From: an uncultured Fibrobacteria bacterium
GTDB taxonomy: Bacteria; Fibrobacterota; Fibrobacteria; UBA11236
Length of the DNA: 64,000 nt
Assembly (NCBI GenBank): GCA_963716395.1
Contig: OY970309.1
Coordinates: 3,616,001 to 3,680,000 of the forward strand
Direction: 5' to 3'
Shown here: positions 1 to 9,718 of the stretch, piece by piece
How positions within the stretch are numbered: the first letter of the stretch is position 1
Layout of the letters: every line of letters begins with the position of its first letter
Made by a program: the position numbers and the translations under genes
Notes under the pieces: generated by a model
Told to the model about the DNA's origin: nothing
Database searches by the model: none
What the model saw: the letters and a program-made list of their open reading frames with translations, nothing else

Positions 1-354
1 TTCACCATCGGCTTGGCCCGCAGTGATTTCTGATTCGTCAGACGCGGATTCAGCCTTCCAATCCGGAACCTGGGATTCGTGCGCTTCCGGCTTCTGCGCA
101 GAGCGCTTTCCCCCATCCCCGACCCAATCCTCGCCGTCAAAAAAATTCAGGGCGCTGATGCCGGCGGCGATATTCTGTGCCGCGGTTTGATAGAGGCGAA
201 GGAATTGATTCACCTCCCGGCTTTCCGCCGTAGAACGGCTGGCGTTTTCCAAAACGCCTATGGCCGCAAGGTGGGTCTGAAACGTCGGTTCCGAATTCGG
301 TTCGCCCGGCTTTTCGGTTTGCGCGCTGCCGGTTCTGGCATTTTCGATGCGCAT
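1..354 (-). CDS. Hypothetical protein (MRIENARTGSAQTEKP...), 3' end beyond left edge
   Basis: Manual translation: ATG at 354 preceded by GGAGGGG; frame stays open for 118 codons to position 1; not in ORF track because no stop lies in the window. Confidence 0.55.
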   Translation of the reverse strand, partial: MRIENARTGSAQTEKPGEPNSEPTFQTHLAAIGVLENASRSTAESREVNQFLRLYQTAAQNIAAGISALNFFDGEDWVGDGGKRSAQKPEAHESQVPDWKAESASDESEITAGQADGE

Positions 355-403
355 GGTATCCCCTCCCTGGGAAAAATTTCGTGGGCGCATGCTCCCCATT
401 TTT

Positions 404-430
404 TTATCGGGCGAAATGCCGCGAACTGAA
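404..430 (-). promoter_or_regulatory. Sigma28 (FliA)-like promoter
   Basis: TTCAG-N14-CCCGATAA on minus strand ~50 nt upstream of the ATG at 354. Confidence 0.35.
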
Positions 431-555
431 TCCGGCCTCACAAATTTTTTGCTTCAACTTCCGCAAGAAGATCCAATTTCCGCATGACCTGGATGCACCA
501 AGTCCATTACGTATCCTCGGACTTCGGGCGCAAACGAATTTCTGAAGTGAAGTAT

Positions 556-2091
556 TCAGGCCGGAACGGCCATCGCCATACGCCGGTCGAGACTGCGATA
601 GTGAATGGCTTCGGCCAGGTGGCGTTCGCCGATTTCGGATTCCGTTTCCAAGTCGGCCAAGGTGCGCGCGACTTTTAAAATGCGATCGTGGGCGCGGGCC
701 GAAAGTCCCAGCGATTCCAGCGCGCGGCGGAACAGCGATAAAGCCGTCGCCGGCAAGGCGCAGAATCGGCGCACCTCGCGCGGGGACATCTGGGCGTTGC
801 AATGCACGCCGGGGATATCCTGAAACCTTTGCCGCTGCAAGGCGCGGGCCGCCAAGACCCGCGTGCGCACCGATTCCGAAGTTTCCTCGAGCCGTTCGGC
901 CAGCAATTCGTCCACCGTCAAAGCTGCGACTTCGAGGTGCAAATCAATGCGGTCGAGCAGCGGACCCGAAATTTTCGCGCGGTAGCGGCGCACGGCCTCG
1001 GGCCGGCAAACGCATCGTCCCATCCGATCTTGCAGATGGCCGCAAGGGCAAGGGTTCATGGCCGCGCCCAGCATGCAGCGCGAAGGATAGGTCACCCGAT
1101 GGGCGGTGCGCGCAATGGTGACCGCGCCATCCTCCAAAGGTTGGCGCAGGGTTTCCAGCGTCGATTTTCGGAATTCGGGCAACTCATCGAGGAACAAGAC
1201 GCCGTGGTGCGCGAGGCTGACCTCGCCGGGACGCGGATCGCGGCCGCCGCCCACCAGGGCCTGATCGCTGATGGAATGATGCGGGGCGCGGAAGGGCCGG
1301 CCGCGGAGCAATCCATGCCCGGGTTTGAGCAGGCCCGACACGCTGTACACGCGGGTGACTTCGAGGCTTTCCTCATGCGACAGCGGCGGCAGGATCGTGG
1401 GTAACCTTCGCGCTAACATGGTTTTTCCGCAGCCGGGTGAACCCAACATGAGAAAATTGTGGCCTCCGGCGGCCGCGGTTTCCAGCGCCCGTTTGGCGGA
1501 GACCTGGCCTTTGATTTCGGAAAAATCCGCGCCGGTATTCACATCGGTTTCGTCCGGAACCGGTGCGGCCGCGGGTTCGCCTTCGCCGCGCAACCAGGCG
1601 ATGGCGGCGAGCAAAGAAGTTGCCGGACACAATTGCGCGGCCGACACCAAGGCAGCTTCCGGCGTGTTGGCCGCGGGCAACAAGACCTTGGCCAGTCCGA
1701 GCTTGCGGGCCATCAAGGTCATGGACAGAAGGCCGCGCACCGGACGCAATCCCCCGTCGAGCGCCAATTCGCCCAGCACGAGCACGTCGGATAATCCCGC
1801 CCCGGCGATTTGTTCGGAAGCGGCCAATATACCGAGCGCCATGGGGAGGTCGAAGGCCGAGCCTTCTTTGCGCACGTCGGCCGGAGCCAGATTGACCGTG
1901 ATGCGCCGGCTGGGTACGGTAAAGCCGGAATTTTTCAGGGCCGAGAACACGCGCTCGCGCGCCTCTTTCACGGCCGAGTCGGGCAACCCGACCAGGCTGA
2001 AACCCGGCAGGCCGGGAGCGATGTCGACTTCGACCGTGATGGGAATGGCTTCGATACCGTGGATGGCGCCGCTATGCAGCACCGCCAGCAT
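556..2091 (-). CDS. comM: YifB/ComM family Mg-chelatase-like AAA+ ATPase
   Basis: VGLPDSAVKEARERV, NLAPADVRKEGSAFDLP, Walker A GSPGCGKT, FRAPHHS, LFLDELPEF, NPCPCG; ATG at 2091 with GGGAGG RBS. Confidence 0.92.
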   Translation of the reverse strand: MLAVLHSGAIHGIEAIPITVEVDIAPGLPGFSLVGLPDSAVKEARERVFSALKNSGFTVPSRRITVNLAPADVRKEGSAFDLPMALGILAASEQIAGAGLSDVLVLGELALDGGLRPVRGLLSMTLMARKLGLAKVLLPAANTPEAALVSAAQLCPATSLLAAIAWLRGEGEPAAAPVPDETDVNTGADFSEIKGQVSAKRALETAAAGGHNFLMLGSPGCGKTMLARRLPTILPPLSHEESLEVTRVYSVSGLLKPGHGLLRGRPFRAPHHSISDQALVGGGRDPRPGEVSLAHHGVLFLDELPEFRKSTLETLRQPLEDGAVTIARTAHRVTYPSRCMLGAAMNPCPCGHLQDRMGRCVCRPEAVRRYRAKISGPLLDRIDLHLEVAALTVDELLAERLEETSESVRTRVLAARALQRQRFQDIPGVHCNAQMSPREVRRFCALPATALSLFRRALESLGLSARAHDRILKVARTLADLETESEIGERHLAEAIHYRSLDRRMAMAVPA

Positions 2092-2377
2092 GCGCCGCCT
2101 CCCGCCGCACCACCGCCGGGCATAACCCCGCTTGCCGGTGGAACGCTTCCAGCACCGAGGTGCGCAAGGCGCGTGCAAAAGAGGGACGAAGCCCCTCCAC
2201 CAGCCTCCGCCGGCCGGACGCGGGAAAGGTGAGGAAATATCCCAGCGGTCCGCGATGGATCCCGATGCCGCGCAGGGCCATCACCCCGTCGAATTCGACT
2301 TCCGCCTCGGCGATTTCCCGCTCCGTTCCGCGATTGTTCGCGGATCCGGGCACAATGTTAACATGAGTGATACGCAT
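2072..2377 (-). CDS. Divergent SpoVG-like protein
   Basis: MRITHVNI...IAEAEVEFDGVMALRGIGIHRGPLGYFLTFPA follows the SpoVG pattern; C-terminal part of ORF 2072..3154. Confidence 0.6.
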   Translation of the reverse strand: MRITHVNIVPGSANNRGTEREIAEAEVEFDGVMALRGIGIHRGPLGYFLTFPASGRRRLVEGLRPSFARALRTSVLEAFHRQAGLCPAVVRREAAHAGGAA

Positions 2378-2448
2378 GGATTTTCGATCCCCGCCCCGCC
2401 GGATGCCCTGCATCCGACGGGGGAAACCCACAGGTTTCCGGGGAATCT

Positions 2449-2733
2449 TCAGGCCGCCTGGGCCTCCCATTGCCGCAGAATGCGCTCGGAGAGGTAATCC
2501 TGCAACGCCTTGGTGATGGGATGGCAGAAAGGATAGGCCTTGCCCTCTTTCTTGTTGTACTCGTTGGGGAACGAGATGAAAGGCCCGAACTTGCCGCGTA
2601 TCACGCGAATGCTGTTGATGCGGAATTGGCCGTTCAGGACCACGCGGGCAAAGGCCTGCAAGGGGTTGCCCTCGACTCCGTTTTTGACGGGTTGGATGTG
2701 GACTTCGGTGACTTCGAGACCCTGAATGCTCAT
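2449..2733 (-). CDS. spoVG: SpoVG family nucleic-acid-binding protein
   Basis: EVTEVHI...LQAFARVVLNGQFRINSIRVIRGKFGPFISFP...CHPITKALQDYL; AAGGAG RBS. Confidence 0.85.
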   Translation of the reverse strand: MSIQGLEVTEVHIQPVKNGVEGNPLQAFARVVLNGQFRINSIRVIRGKFGPFISFPNEYNKKEGKAYPFCHPITKALQDYLSERILRQWEAQAA

Positions 2734-2830
2734 GGGTTCTTCTCCTTGTGATGGATGTTCCGGCGGCGATTGGTTTGGATTGAGTCTCGCCGGGCCTTCG
2801 GAATTTCTTCCGTCGACATGAAAACGTTAA

Positions 2831-2846
2831 TACAAAACCCATGCCA
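2831..2846 (-). promoter_or_regulatory. Sigma54-like -24/-12 promoter upstream of spoVG
   Basis: TGGCAT-GGGTT-TTGTA (-12 has GT instead of GC). Confidence 0.4.
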
Positions 2847-3141
2847 AGAAAAGATCGGCAGCACAGCGCCGTATTTTTGCGGCCCGGCAATCCTTTGAGT
2901 GCAGCTGGGTGAAGCCCGGTGCAAATCGGTGAAAAGTTGCGCGCGTGCCCAGCTCTATCACCCTTGTTCTTCGCGCCGACGAAGGCGGAACCACGCGACG
3001 AACTTGTCGGGTTCGTTATCTCTCGACGTGCTCGGGTACCAAGTTCACCCGCCGTGCGCTGACTCACCCTTCGTGCCCTGAACTCGTCGAAAGGCACCAT
3101 TTGATCGCGGTTGGTTTGTGAGGGGTTCTGATATTTCGGGG

Positions 3142-6100
3142 ATGTCCGCCACACCCGCCGAGAAAAAATCCCGCCTGCTGGAAATAGCCGGGTCAGTGCC
3201 GGCCGCCTTGGTGCAGGCGCATTTGCAACGGCTGGACCACGATTATTGGAACGAGTTTTCCGCCGAAGAAATTCTCGGCCACCTGAAGGCCTTGGCCGGG
3301 ATGTCCGCCGCCACGCCTTATTCCGTAAGCCTCGAAGCCTGGGATGCGGGGGTTTTCGGACTCACCTTGTTGGGCCAGGACTTCACGGGCTTTTTCGCGG
3401 CCGCCTCGGGTTTTCTCGCGGGCGCGGGTTACGATATTCGCGCGGGCAAGGCCTTCACCTTTGCCGCCCACCCCGCTTGGCCGGCGCTCCCCCGCGGCGG
3501 CATGATCGATTTTTTCGTGTTGCAGCGCGCCGCCGATGGCGACGACGCCGAGCGCGCGCGCCTCGTGGCCGAAATGGAAAATCTGTTCCGTCGCTTCGAG
3601 TCCGGAGACGCCGCCTCCATCCGCGTGGATTTGTTCCGGCGCATCGGCGAGCGCCTCGCGGCCCACAATCCCCTGGCCGAAGAGGCCATGCCGCTGGAGA
3701 TCCACTATCACGCCCTCAGCTCGGGCACCCAAGTCGTAATCCGCGGTCCGGATCGCGAGATAATGCTGTTCTGCATCGCCAGCGCCCTGGCGCTGCGCGG
3801 CTTGTCGCTGGTCAAGCTCATCGCCGCGCCCGCGGCCTCCGGATTTTTCGAAGACCGCGTGACCGTGGTCGGTCCGGGAGGGCAGCCCTTGCGCGAGGCG
3901 CGCGAGTTGGAAAAAATCCGCGCGGGCATCGCGCTCATGCAGCGCCTGCTGGCCACCTTGCCCCAGGCCGCGAACCTGCAGGCCGCGGCCGAAGGCCTGC
4001 AAGGCTTGATGGACGACTGGCTGGAAGAATCCGTAGCCCTGACCGAAGACGGCGGACCCGAAGCCCTGCCCGCCTTATCGCGCGTGCTCACGGCCGGGCC
4101 GCGCATGTGGGAGGCCGTGCACGCCTTGGGTCCGCGGGCGTTTCGCGCTGTGCTGGCCGCTTTGGGTACACACGCCACCGCGACCACGCGCGCGGAACAC
4201 CACCGGCGCCTCGAAGCTTTGCGATCTTCGTCACCGAATATCGAGACATTCTTCGCGGCCTGCCGAGACTACCGCGAGCGCGAGGTGCTGCAGGCCGAAT
4301 TGGATTTGCTGCTGACGCCGGCGCGCGATTTCGACGACTTCGCGGCGCGCTTGCAGGCGCTGGCCGAGGCCCTGCTCGAAGGCGTGCTCGCAACCCTACG
4401 GGTCGAAGCGGAACGGCGCTGCGGCGCGCCCGGAGCGCATGCTCTGTTTGCACTGGGGAAATTCGGCGGCGAGGAATTGGGAACCGGGTCGGATTTGGAA
4501 ATCCTGTGGATGTATGCGGGCCCGGGCCGAACCGCGGGTCCCGAGCCAGTGGAACGCGCCGAGTTTTTCGAGCGCCTGGCCCGGGAGTTGATGCAGGCTT
4601 TGACCGCTCCATCCGGCGCAACCTTGGCCTTGGATTGGCGCTTGCGCCCCCATGGCGAAAGCGGCCCCTTGGCCGTGAGTTTTCCCGCCTGGAAAAAGTA
4701 TTGGGACGGCGCGGGCGTGCTGGAATATGAACGCCAGGCCTTGATCCGACTGCGGCCGGTTTACGGTGACCCGGAATTGATACGCGCCGTGCTCGCCGTT
4801 CGCGATCGCGTAACCTATGCCGATCCGCCGCGCCCCGTGGCCGAAACGCTGGAGCTGCATCGCCGCCAGGTTCAAAGCAAGAGCAAAGCCGGATTCTGGA
4901 ACGCGAAGTATTCCCCCGGCGGCATGGTCGAGCTCGAATACGCCGTGCAGTTTCTGCAACTGGCGCAGGGCCGTAACCCCGCCGTGCGCCAAAACCGTCT
5001 CGATCGCGCTTTGGAAGCCCTGCTCGAAACCGGAGTCTTGACCCTGGCCGAGTTCGAGCACCTGGTCGGCGCGCACCTGTTTCTGCGCCGCCTCATCAAC
5101 GCACTGCGGCTGGTGCGCGGCCGGTCGGAAGATTTGCATTGCCCGCCGCCCGCCACGCCGGAATTCGCTTTCCTGGCGAAACGCCTGAGCTACGTCTCGC
5201 GGCCCGCGATCACGGCCGAAGCGCAATTGGAGCGCGACCTCAACCAGGCCCGGCGTGCGGTGTCGGCCTTTTTCCGCCACCGCTTCGGCGATGGCGAAAA
5301 ACCCGCTTGGATGTACACATCGATCGCCGAGGCGCTGATGGATCCCGAAGCCGAACCCGAAGAAGCCGCTTCGGCCCTGGAGCGCCTGGGAATGTCGCGT
5401 GTGCCCCAGGCGCGCGACCTCTTTCTCGATTTTTTCCAGCGCCTGTCGGAAAAGCGGCTGGCCGCAGCCTGCCTGCTGGTGCATGAGAGCGAATTCCGCC
5501 GCAGCCCCGATCCCGGCGGCATGCTCCGCAAGTTGACCCAATTCCTGCAAAGCCTGGAGCAACCCGATCTCTTCGTGCGCCAGTCTCTGCATTATCCCCC
5601 GCTGTTCGAAATGCTGCTGCGGCTTTTCGCCGATAGCGACGCCTTGTCGGATCTGGTCTTGCGCGCGGGAGAAGGGTTCAAGTTGCTGGCGCAAATCGAA
5701 GCCCTGGAACCGCCGCGTTTCGAAGCAGACTTCCGGCGTTCGGCGGCGCAGGCCTGCTCGGGGCGCGGCGATGCGGCCGAGGCCTTGGGACGCCTGCGCA
5801 ATCGCGAATACCTGCGCATCGCCCTACGCGATCTCTACCTGCAGGTGCATGTGCAAAAAATCACCTTTGAACTTTCCGCGCTCTCCGACGCCTTGATGGC
5901 AGAAGCCTGGAGGCAAATAGCCTCGGCCCAAACGGCGGATCGGCTGTGCCTGGTGGCCCTGGGCAAATTGGGCGGACGCGAACTCAATTACAGTTCCGAC
6001 GTCGATTTGGTGTTTCTGGGCGGCGAGGCGTCCCGCTCCGAAGGAGAACAAGCCGAAGACGAAGCCGCGGCCCGCGCCTTGATCGAATTGCTGACGCGCT

Positions 6101-6798
6101 CCACGGCCGAAGGTCGCCTGTTCCGGGTCGACATGAATCTGCGGCCTTGGGGCGCTGCCGGGCCGCTCATCGCTTCGGCGCCGGGGCTGCGCGCTTATTG
6201 CGAACACGAAGCCGGCGGCTGGGAATTGCAGGCCTGGCTCAAAGCGCGCCCCGTGGCGGGGAATCTCGCACTGGGCCACCGTCTGATCGGCGCCGTGCAG
6301 GCCATGGCCTGCGCGCCCGCGCAACGCCAACGCGTCATCGCCAGCATGCGCCAGGTGCGACTGCAGGGCTTGGACAAATTGCAGCGCGAAAACCTGCTGA
6401 CGGGCGAAGTCAAGCTCGGGCCGGGAGGCATCCGCACCGTGGAGTTTTACACCCAGTCCCTGCAAATCCGCCATGGCGCGGACATTCCCGAATTGATCAC
6501 CGGCAACACCCTCGAAGCGTTGGGCCGTCTGTATCGCTACGGATTGGTGCCCGAGCATCGTTTTCACCTGCTCTCCGACGCCTATGTATTTCTGCGGCGG
6601 GTGGAGCATCTGCTGCAGTTGCAGGGACTGCGGCAGGTGCATACGCTGCCCGCGGAGGCCGAGGCCCTGAACCGGCTGGCGGGTCAGATGGGGTGCGAAG
6701 ATCGCATCGGCCAATCGGCGCGCGCGGCCTTTCTCGAACAATACCGCAAGCACATGCTTTCGCTGCAGCCGCTTTCCGCGGAACTGTTCGGCTATTAA
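3142..6798 (+). CDS. glnE: Glutamine synthetase adenylyltransferase/adenylyl-removing enzyme (GlnE family) with N-terminal ACT-like region
   Basis: Two nucleotidyltransferase repeats: ALGKFGGEELGTGSDLE...DWRLRPHG and ALGKLGGRELNYSSDVD...DMNLRPWG; KLGPGGIRTVEF; FLRRVEHLLQ. Confidence 0.85.
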   Translation: MSATPAEKKSRLLEIAGSVPAALVQAHLQRLDHDYWNEFSAEEILGHLKALAGMSAATPYSVSLEAWDAGVFGLTLLGQDFTGFFAAASGFLAGAGYDIRAGKAFTFAAHPAWPALPRGGMIDFFVLQRAADGDDAERARLVAEMENLFRRFESGDAASIRVDLFRRIGERLAAHNPLAEEAMPLEIHYHALSSGTQVVIRGPDREIMLFCIASALALRGLSLVKLIAAPAASGFFEDRVTVVGPGGQPLREARELEKIRAGIALMQRLLATLPQAANLQAAAEGLQGLMDDWLEESVALTEDGGPEALPALSRVLTAGPRMWEAVHALGPRAFRAVLAALGTHATATTRAEHHRRLEALRSSSPNIETFFAACRDYREREVLQAELDLLLTPARDFDDFAARLQALAEALLEGVLATLRVEAERRCGAPGAHALFALGKFGGEELGTGSDLEILWMYAGPGRTAGPEPVERAEFFERLARELMQALTAPSGATLALDWRLRPHGESGPLAVSFPAWKKYWDGAGVLEYERQALIRLRPVYGDPELIRAVLAVRDRVTYADPPRPVAETLELHRRQVQSKSKAGFWNAKYSPGGMVELEYAVQFLQLAQGRNPAVRQNRLDRALEALLETGVLTLAEFEHLVGAHLFLRRLINALRLVRGRSEDLHCPPPATPEFAFLAKRLSYVSRPAITAEAQLERDLNQARRAVSAFFRHRFGDGEKPAWMYTSIAEALMDPEAEPEEAASALERLGMSRVPQARDLFLDFFQRLSEKRLAAACLLVHESEFRRSPDPGGMLRKLTQFLQSLEQPDLFVRQSLHYPPLFEMLLRLFADSDALSDLVLRAGEGFKLLAQIEALEPPRFEADFRRSAAQACSGRGDAAEALGRLRNREYLRIALRDLYLQVHVQKITFELSALSDALMAEAWRQIASAQTADRLCLVALGKLGGRELNYSSDVDLVFLGGEASRSEGEQAEDEAAARALIELLTRSTAEGRLFRVDMNLRPWGAAGPLIASAPGLRAYCEHEAGGWELQAWLKARPVAGNLALGHRLIGAVQAMACAPAQRQRVIASMRQVRLQGLDKLQRENLLTGEVKLGPGGIRTVEFYTQSLQIRHGADIPELITGNTLEALGRLYRYGLVPEHRFHLLSDAYVFLRRVEHLLQLQGLRQVHTLPAEAEALNRLAGQMGCEDRIGQSARAAFLEQYRKHMLSLQPLSAELFGY

Positions 6799-6848
6799 AC
6801 CCGGATTAAAAACGTCTCAAGGATTCGTAACCGGCGCCGATATCCAGG

Positions 6849-7499
6849 ATGGCCATGCTGCTTTCCTTTCGACATCGCTTCATATTTTTCCATATCTGGA
6901 AAACGGCCGGAACCAGTATTCAGAAAGCCTTGGGTCCCTATGCCAATAACGCGGAAAAATTCGGATTGCGTGATCATTGCAAGGCGCGGGAGTTAGTGGA
7001 AATCATTTCGGTGGAATTCGAGTCTTTCTTTAAATTCGCCGTGGTGCGCAACCCATGGGAATTGGAAGTTTCGATCTATGAATTCGGCCGTAAATGTTTC
7101 CTGGAAAAGCATCCCTCGAACAACTGGACGCGGGACTACACCTTCGAAGAATTCATTCTCAAACGCGCCTCGGAGCGAACCTGTTTCGGCGACCAACTCC
7201 AATTCGTCGTGGATTACGACGGCAAGCTTTTGGTCGATTATATTGCACGATTTGAAAACATCCATCAAGACTTTACGAACATCTGCAAAATCCTCGGAGT
7301 TTCCGCCTGCTTGCCCCATCTCAATACCGTAGCGCATCGACCCTACCCGGAATATTACACACCACGGTTGCGCGAAATCGTTCGCCGTATCAGCCGGCCT
7401 GAAATTCAGATGTTCGGTTATAATTTCGACCCGGAGGCAGGCACCCAACCCTCGTCAACGCCTTCCGCCCCCGTCGAGACCACGTTGAACATCGCCTGA
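6849..7499 (+). CDS. Sulfotransferase family 2 protein
   Basis: 5'-PSB motif FFHIWKTAGTS, 3'-PB motif FAVVRNPW, VDYIARFEN; visibly more AT-rich than neighbours. Confidence 0.8.
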   Translation: MAMLLSFRHRFIFFHIWKTAGTSIQKALGPYANNAEKFGLRDHCKARELVEIISVEFESFFKFAVVRNPWELEVSIYEFGRKCFLEKHPSNNWTRDYTFEEFILKRASERTCFGDQLQFVVDYDGKLLVDYIARFENIHQDFTNICKILGVSACLPHLNTVAHRPYPEYYTPRLREIVRRISRPEIQMFGYNFDPEAGTQPSSTPSAPVETTLNIA

Positions 7500-7549
7500 T
7501 TCCCAGACTGCGGCCGCCGCCCGCGGTCGCGATGACTAATGTTTGGGAC

Positions 7550-8326
7550 ATGAAATATCCTTTTCCCCGCCGCCGCCATGACCGCCCGGCCTCGACCGCG
7601 GCCAAGGAATCCCGGCATCCGTCCTTCCGCAGCCATCCTGCCGGCCCGCCGCCGAGCCCGGAAAGGCTGCGGGCTTTGCTGGAAAGCCACGGCGTGCGCC
7701 TGACGGATCGGGTGCGGGAGCAACTTTGGCGTTACCATCAATTGCTGCGAAAGCACAACGGCGACCGCGATCTCACGCGTCTCATCGGTTTCGAAACCAT
7801 GGTGCAGCGGCATTACGCCGATTGCCTGATCCTCGATCGCTATCTGCATGGCCGCTGGCCTTCGCCCCTGGTCGACATCGGCAGCGGCGCGGGTTTTCCC
7901 GGGCTCATGATCAAGCTCATCGCTCCGGAAACCGAAATCATTTTGGCCGAACCGAGGCCCCGGCGCGCGGATTTTCTGGCCTTGGCCATTCGCGAATTGG
8001 GGCTCACGAAGATATCGGTGTTCGGGCACAAATTCACTTCGCGCTCCTTCACCCAACCCGTGCGCGGCGCCATCACCCGCGCCTTCGAGCCCCTCGGCAA
8101 AACCCTGCCGCGGCTTTCCCACGCTTTGGAAATCGGCGGCACGGCCATGTTTATGAAAGGTCCGGGAGCGGCCGAAGAATTGCGCGAGCCCCTGCCGCCG
8201 GAGTACCGCTTGCTCCGGCGCGAGGCCTACCGCATTCCCGCCACGACCTTGGATCGCGAACTACTGATATTCGAAAGGTTGCCGGCCCCGTCCGCGGAAC
8301 CGCGCACCACAAACCCGGCCGACTGA
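7550..8326 (+). CDS. rsmG: 16S rRNA m7G527 methyltransferase RsmG
   Basis: DLTRL, RHYADCL, VDIGSGAGFPG, TRAF, MKG motifs; start could be 7532. Confidence 0.85.
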   Translation: MKYPFPRRRHDRPASTAAKESRHPSFRSHPAGPPPSPERLRALLESHGVRLTDRVREQLWRYHQLLRKHNGDRDLTRLIGFETMVQRHYADCLILDRYLHGRWPSPLVDIGSGAGFPGLMIKLIAPETEIILAEPRPRRADFLALAIRELGLTKISVFGHKFTSRSFTQPVRGAITRAFEPLGKTLPRLSHALEIGGTAMFMKGPGAAEELREPLPPEYRLLRREAYRIPATTLDRELLIFERLPAPSAEPRTTNPAD

Positions 8327-8356
8327 GTGGGTGACTCCGGAGCTACCCCGCTCTGC

Positions 8357-9718
8357 TCAACCCAATTCGAACGAGGCCCGATCTTCGGGTACGACGGCAT
8401 CCCAGCCGAAGGTTTCACGCAAACGGCGCCGGAAGGCGTCGGCTGCGGCCGGCTCGCCATGGGTGACAAACACACGGCGCGGTGAAATACCGCTCGCGCG
8501 GAACCAGGCGATCAACTCGGCATAATCTGCATGGGCCGACAGCCCCTGGATTTGCGACACCTGCGCCCGCACCGGCACATAGGCGCCCTGGATTTTAATC
8601 TCTTCGGCGCCGGCCAGCATGGAGGCGCCGCGTGTGCCGGCAGCCTGGTAGCCCACGAACAACACGGCATTTTTGGGGTCGGGCAGAAAGCGGCGAAAGT
8701 GGTGCAAGATGCGGCCGCCCGTGGCCATGCCGCTGGCCGCGATGATGAGCATGGGCCCCGAACGCGTATCCAAAGCCATGGATTCCTCTACGGTCTGCAC
8801 GTAATGGGCGGCCGCGCACATGTGATCGCAGGCCGCCTGGCTGAGGCGGTGATCTTCGGCATGCCGGCGGAAAATTTCCGTGGCGCTGATCGACATGGGG
8901 CTGTTGAGGTACACCGGAAAAGCCGGGATGCGCCCTTCGCCGCGCAACTGATCCAGCAGACGCAGAATATGCTGCGCGCGCCCCACGGCAAAGGCCGGCA
9001 CCAGCATCACCCCGCCGCGCGCCACGGAGGCGTTCACCCACTTTGCCAGGGATTCGGCCACGTCTTCGGGGGGATGGCGGCGATCGCCGTAGGTCGACTC
9101 GACCACCAGGAAATCTGTTGGACTGAGTGGATCAGGCGGCTTCATGATGGGATCGTTGGGGCGACCCACGTCGCCGGAAAAAGTGAGGGCGGTTCCGTCG
9201 AGGTGCAGCGCCAGGCACCCCGAACCGAGAATATGCCCCGCGCGCGTAAAGCGAGCCTGCACGCCCGCCGCCGGCACGAAATCGGTGTAGAAATCCACGG
9301 GCCGGATTTGGGCCAGGCATTGCTCCGCTGCTTCGCGCGTATACAACGGCATGGCCGGGTGATGCTTGGAATAGCCGCGATGGTTGGCATGCCGGGCTTC
9401 TTCTTCCTGCAAATGGCCGGAGTCGGGCAACAGGATTTTCAGCAGGTCGGCCGTACCCGCGGTGCAATACACCGGTCCGGAAAACCCCGTCTGGCAGAGC
9501 CGGGGCAAAAATCCGGTGTGATCGAGATGGGCATGGGTGAGCACCACGGCGTCGAGGGTGGCCGGATCCAAGGGTAGCGGAAGCCAATTGCGCTCGCGCA
9601 GCCGTTTCCAGCCCTGAAACAAGCCGCAGTCGACCAGGATACGCGACCGGCCGGTTTCGACCAGGTAGCGCGACCCGGTTACGGTTTCGGCGGCGCCGAG
9701 AAAGGTGACGCGGATCAT
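8357..9718 (-). CDS. MBL-fold metallo-hydrolase, beta-CASP RNA-processing family
   Basis: FLGAAETVTGS, DCGLFQG, LTHAHLDHTG, GHILGS, SGDVG, ESTYGDR, SAHAD, VTHGE. Confidence 0.9.
   Translation of the reverse strand: MIRVTFLGAAETVTGSRYLVETGRSRILVDCGLFQGWKRLRERNWLPLPLDPATLDAVVLTHAHLDHTGFLPRLCQTGFSGPVYCTAGTADLLKILLPDSGHLQEEEARHANHRGYSKHHPAMPLYTREAAEQCLAQIRPVDFYTDFVPAAGVQARFTRAGHILGSGCLALHLDGTALTFSGDVGRPNDPIMKPPDPLSPTDFLVVESTYGDRRHPPEDVAESLAKWVNASVARGGVMLVPAFAVGRAQHILRLLDQLRGEGRIPAFPVYLNSPMSISATEIFRRHAEDHRLSQAACDHMCAAAHYVQTVEESMALDTRSGPMLIIAASGMATGGRILHHFRRFLPDPKNAVLFVGYQAAGTRGASMLAGAEEIKIQGAYVPVRAQVSQIQGLSAHADYAELIAWFRASGISPRRVFVTHGEPAAADAFRRRLRETFGWDAVVPEDRASFELG

Noticed and set aside
2378-3154. 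N-terminal 259 aa of the 360-aa ORF 2072..3154
   Set aside because: Overlaps spoVG in another frame and the promoter region; only the last 101 aa look like a real protein
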